From a phage: 60,068 nucleotides of DNA. Position 1 is the first letter of the stretch; each line of letters opens with the position of its first letter. Where the stretch lies: sequence record PZ445425.1. One strand, given 5' to 3'. Both the position numbers and the translations under genes were made by a program. Shown here piece by piece: positions 56,788 to 60,068 of this stretch. The notes beneath the pieces are model-generated. The model was given only the letters and a program-made list of their open reading frames with translations. It was not told where the DNA came from and made no database searches.

Positions 56788-57254
56788 CTGAAGAATGGAA
56801 AAGAATACCTTTATTTCCAAAGTATGAGGTTTCTACTTTAGGTAGAGTTAGGAGGGCTAACAACCACAAAATATTGACAGGCTGCATATTAGATGGTCGT
56901 AGACGTTATACTTTGCGTCACAATGGTAAGAAATACGGTGTTGATGCTGCAAGATTGATGTGTTACGCATTTCGTGGTCTTGTCGACGGTTATGAGAAAC
57001 TAGATGCACGACATCTTGATGGCAATCCTTTGAATAATGTATTATCTAACGTAGATTGGGGTACACGTAAGGATAACATGGTGGACATGGTTCATCATGG
57101 TAACGCTTGTCATTCGTTTACAAAGGAAGAAGTTCTAAGTATCCGGCAACGAGCAGATGCCGGGGAAAGTCAACACGCTATAGCAAGAAGTATTGGCAGA
57201 AGCGTATCCGTTGTTAACTGTATTGTATTAAGAAAGACTTATAACGAATATTAA
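56784..57254 (+). CDS. HNH homing endonuclease
   Basis: NUMOD4-like N-terminus (WKRIPLFPKYEVSTLGRV), HNH core HLDGNPLNN and C-terminal HTH-like segment. Confidence 0.7.
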   Translation: MTEEWKRIPLFPKYEVSTLGRVRRANNHKILTGCILDGRRRYTLRHNGKKYGVDAARLMCYAFRGLVDGYEKLDARHLDGNPLNNVLSNVDWGTRKDNMVDMVHHGNACHSFTKEEVLSIRQRADAGESQHAIARSIGRSVSVVNCIVLRKTYNEY

Positions 57255-57266
57255 TGGGGGTGGGTT

Positions 57267-57731
57267 ATCACTACTATTGCGTTCGATGGAAAAGTATTAG
57301 CTGCGGACCGTGGAGTTATGCGCGGGGAAGCTGTGACTGCTTATAAGAAAGTTCATAGCGTAAATGGACATCGTGGACGGTTTTTACTTGGCTTGTGCGG
57401 TTTGACGGCATTTACCGATCAGGTGTTGCGTTATTTTAATAGCGCGGAACCTGTTAAGTTCCCTGATATTAAACTTTACAGTAAAGATGATGATTACGGG
57501 CAAACTTGCGGTCTTGCTGTCACTCCGGAAGGTACTTGCCATTTTATTTATAATGATGGTACTTTGAGCGAGCCCATGCTGGATGGATGGGGATCTGAGG
57601 GTAGCGGTTGTGTGTTTGCCGCTGGTGCATTAGCCGCTGGTGCAAGCGCAAGCGAAGCTATTGAGCTGGCAATTAAACACACCACATGCGCATTCCTGGG
57701 AGTTGATACAATATCATTTGAGGGTTTTTAA
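57267..57731 (+). CDS. HslV/proteasome-beta-like Ntn-hydrolase peptidase, apparent non-AUG start
   Basis: Frame open from 57255; TTIAFDGKVLAAD, YKKV and GSEGSG segments align with HslV; no in-frame ATG/GTG/TTG precedes the catalytic Thr; ATC at 57267 follows a G-rich SD-like tract. Confidence 0.5.
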   Translation: MTTIAFDGKVLAADRGVMRGEAVTAYKKVHSVNGHRGRFLLGLCGLTAFTDQVLRYFNSAEPVKFPDIKLYSKDDDYGQTCGLAVTPEGTCHFIYNDGTLSEPMLDGWGSEGSGCVFAAGALAAGASASEAIELAIKHTTCAFLGVDTISFEGF

Positions 57732-57992
57732 ATGACTACATTCAGTCACCTGATCCCACCTGCTTATCATAGTAAGGTAGTTGACCACGGGACGCATGTT
57801 GTAATTGGTGGCGAAATCTTTATCACAGATAACGAGGAAATCGCCATTGCAATTATTGACAGCACTCAGCATGACTTTATGGTTATCCTGCAACACGAAC
57901 CCGATAACTTCACTTTTTACTCCAGCTACGGGGTCGATAAAGGTGGAAAAGGTCTTGTTGGCTGGTACATTAGCGAGTGGTTTGACGGGTAA
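57732..57992 (+). CDS. hypothetical protein
   Basis: 86-aa ORF starting immediately after HslV-like stop. Confidence 0.45.
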   Translation: MTTFSHLIPPAYHSKVVDHGTHVVIGGEIFITDNEEIAIAIIDSTQHDFMVILQHEPDNFTFYSSYGVDKGGKGLVGWYISEWFDG

Positions 57993-58074
57993 TTTTCTTA
58001 GATCAATTCTCCTTGCGCCGTATCAAGTTTCTCTGTTACCCTTGAGTGGTTCATGTCAAGCGGAGGAACTCGAT

Positions 58075-58512
58075 ATGGCACTTCAACCTCGTGGTATTCG
58101 TAATAACAATCCAGGCAATATTCGCTGGGGTGATAATTGGCAGGGCTTAGTTCCTGCTGATAAGCGAACCGATAAATCTTTTGCTCAATTCACGCAACCG
58201 ATTTACGGCATTCGTGCGCTAGCGAAAATCCTGACAAACTACACCAAACGTGAAGGCTTGCCCCATGTGGGTAAGAAAAACATCGACACTGTACGTGAAA
58301 TTATCGCTCGCTGGGCACCGCCTAACGAAAACGATACGGAAGCGTATATTCGCTCTGTTGCCAAAGCAATTGGTGTTCAACCTAACGATCCAATTAATGT
58401 CTTCGACAAGGCAATTATGTCAGGATTGGTGAAAGCAATCATTCGTCATGAAAATGGCATGATGCCCTATACCGATGACGTAATTAACCGCGCTATTGCA
58501 ATGGTACTTTAA
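58075..58512 (+). CDS. putative endolysin
   Basis: Track ORF 57805..58512 trimmed to ATG 58075 (RBS GGAGGA); first gene of holin-spanin cassette; conserved-looking GIRNNNPGNIRWG segment; enzymatic class unknown. Confidence 0.4.
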   Translation: MALQPRGIRNNNPGNIRWGDNWQGLVPADKRTDKSFAQFTQPIYGIRALAKILTNYTKREGLPHVGKKNIDTVREIIARWAPPNENDTEAYIRSVAKAIGVQPNDPINVFDKAIMSGLVKAIIRHENGMMPYTDDVINRAIAMVL

Positions 58513-58515
58513 CTG

Positions 58516-58539
58516 ACGGGGCGTTAGCCCCTTTTATTT
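58516..58539 (+). terminator. terminator-like hairpin
   Basis: ggggc-gtta-gcccc followed by TTTTATTT. Confidence 0.6.
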
Positions 58540-58548
58540 GGAGGGAAC

Positions 58549-58893
58549 ATGTTCAATTCACCCAACGAACATTGGACAGTTCTAGCGGGGTTTGCGTTTA
58601 TCTCCCTCATTGGGGGAGCTCTCGGTTATGTCATGCGTACAATAGACGCTGGTAAGAAAGTACGGGCAAGCATTGCGTTTCTTGAAGGCTTATCCGCCGC
58701 TTTCTTTGGCGTTATAATGTATGCGATCTACAGGGAGTTTAACATCAGCCTTTGGTTCGCTTTTGGCCTTGCTGGCCTATTTGCTTGGGCAGGTTCACGT
58801 GCTACGCTAAAAGCCCTAACGTCGCTTATAGCTTCACGGACAGGGATCAAACTCGATTCAGGGGACTGCAAACATGAAAACGATTCTAAATAA
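58549..58893 (+). CDS. holin (putative, three transmembrane helices)
   Basis: 114 aa with three hydrophobic helices and charged C-terminus, adjacent to spanins. Confidence 0.5.
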   Translation: MFNSPNEHWTVLAGFAFISLIGGALGYVMRTIDAGKKVRASIAFLEGLSAAFFGVIMYAIYREFNISLWFAFGLAGLFAWAGSRATLKALTSLIASRTGIKLDSGDCKHENDSK

Positions 58894-59350
58894 CTTCTTC
58901 AGTTTTATAAAAACTAAACCGCGTCTGTTTATCGAGTATTTGATGATCGGCGCGGTTGTGTTTTTATGCGGGGTGGCTGCATACTTGTGGTCACAGAACG
59001 AGCTCAGCAAAACTAATTTAAATCATGCTGAGCAAAGACTAACCGTTGTAGAACGGGACAATGCAAAGCTGGGCGAAGCTGTTGTATTTCTTGCATCCCA
59101 ACGGGAGAAGGATACTGAATCCTACCGAAAATTGGCTTCAGCAATTGAAAGTGAGCAACATAACCACAGGTTGCTTCAGGACAAATTAAAAGCACTGGAG
59201 AAAAGCAATGCCGACGTCAAAGCTTATCTTAATGAGCGTGTTCCTGATGATTTGCGCAGGCTGCTCGACGGAGATACAACCTCCACCACCGCCGCAGATA
59301 GTGAAGATAAAACTTCCGGCCCATCTGTTGGTAGAATGTCGGGAAGTTGA
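58874..59350 (+). CDS. i-spanin (Rz-like)
   Basis: N-terminal transmembrane helix followed by coiled-coil periplasmic domain; contains the embedded o-spanin start. Confidence 0.6.
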   Translation: MKTILNNFFSFIKTKPRLFIEYLMIGAVVFLCGVAAYLWSQNELSKTNLNHAEQRLTVVERDNAKLGEAVVFLASQREKDTESYRKLASAIESEQHNHRLLQDKLKALEKSNADVKAYLNERVPDDLRRLLDGDTTSTTAADSEDKTSGPSVGRMSGS

Positions 59351-59513
59351 TAAATATCCTTTGGTTTATACAAGGGACATTATCCAACGTTTGCAGGATA
59401 CAGAAACAGCTCTGACTGAATGTAAACTGAGGGTTAAGGAAATCATACGCTATGAAGCTGAAAATGTTTCGCTTGATTTTGTAGGATCAAGCAATTATAT
59501 TCAGCCTAAATAG
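59208..59513 (+). CDS. o-spanin (Rz1-like lipoprotein), overlapping i-spanin in another frame
   Basis: Signal peptide with lipobox-like ICAGC, proline-rich mature region; classic overlapped Rz/Rz1 architecture. Confidence 0.6.
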   Translation: MPTSKLILMSVFLMICAGCSTEIQPPPPPQIVKIKLPAHLLVECREVDKYPLVYTRDIIQRLQDTETALTECKLRVKEIIRYEAENVSLDFVGSSNYIQPK

Positions 59514-59533
59514 CAATAAGAAAGGGGGCTTCC

Positions 59534-60068
59534 ATGAACGGGGCAAGTCAAGAGCAATATGATCGTGACTGGACGAATTACATCCAGTATGCAAATAGCT
59601 TGTCCGCTGAAGAGATGGCAATACGTGACAAAGTTGTTGCTGAGTACATGTTCGACTACAATTGGACTAACGCTTGCATGAGATGCGGGTTCAATGCTAT
59701 GTTTGCACAGGAGCTTGGCCAACGCTTTGCCACGGACTGTTATGTTCGATGGAAGCTCAAGGAGATTGAAAGATCCCGTGTTCAACGTACTTCTGAGCAA
59801 GCTAACATTGAAGCAGACCTTGAGCGTCAGCATATCATTGAAGCATTAAAACGTGAAGCTCATTATACAGGACCGGGATCTTCTCAAGCTGCTAGAGTCG
59901 CCGCATTGGGCAAGCTTGCACAAATTTATGATTTGGATGCTCCCAAGAAGGCTAAGATTGATGTTACTAACAGAGGCGGCGTAATGATAGTCCCTGCTGT
60001 AGCAAATATTGACGAATGGGAAAAAACTGCATCCGAGTCTCAACAACGACTAGTTAAAGAGACTGAAG
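59534..60068 (+). CDS. terminase small subunit (putative), 3'-truncated by window end
   Basis: ATG 59534 with RBS; open to window end (178 codons, hand-translated); directly precedes terL in a circular or permuted map. Confidence 0.4.
   Translation, partial: MNGASQEQYDRDWTNYIQYANSLSAEEMAIRDKVVAEYMFDYNWTNACMRCGFNAMFAQELGQRFATDCYVRWKLKEIERSRVQRTSEQANIEADLERQHIIEALKREAHYTGPGSSQAARVAALGKLAQIYDLDAPKKAKIDVTNRGGVMIVPAVANIDEWEKTASESQQRLVKETE

Noticed and set aside
1-60068. CRISPR arrays, tRNA genes, integrase or repressor genes
   Set aside because: No regularly spaced direct repeats with unique spacers, no tRNA T-arm GTTCGAATC-type signatures spotted by eye, and no tyrosine or serine recombinase-like ORF; absence is by inspection only and a tRNA scan would be needed to confirm.

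Overview
The window reads as a nearly complete, circularly permuted genome of a tailed dsDNA phage (siphovirus-like, probably infecting an enterobacterium). It opens at the terminase large subunit and ends inside the putative terminase small subunit. Three modules are visible. (1) 1..23521, plus strand: packaging, head, tail and tail fibres, including a tail-chaperone -1 frameshift site. (2) 23552..51497, minus strand: small membrane proteins, a family-B-like DNA polymerase, a 7-deazaguanine DNA-modification cluster (DpdA-like transglycosylase, FolE, QueD, QueC, QueE, YhhQ-like transporter), helicase, Cas4-like nuclease, Sak4/SSB-like pair, ligase, RNase H, dUTPase and a primase-helicase. (3) 51893..60068, plus strand: many small genes, an HNH endonuclease, an HslV-like peptidase, a C39-like cysteine peptidase and a lysis cassette with overlapping spanins. 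No integrase, repressor, tRNA or CRISPR array was seen, so a virulent lifestyle is inferred. The most unusual signals are: an HslV-like gene with no in-frame AUG that would retain its catalytic threonine; two other reading frames interrupted by a single in-frame stop; a 14-nt motif recurring before minus-strand genes; an iteron-rich AT-rich candidate origin; and uncharacterised ORFs embedded in the deazaguanine cluster. All product calls come from motif recognition by eye; no searches were run.
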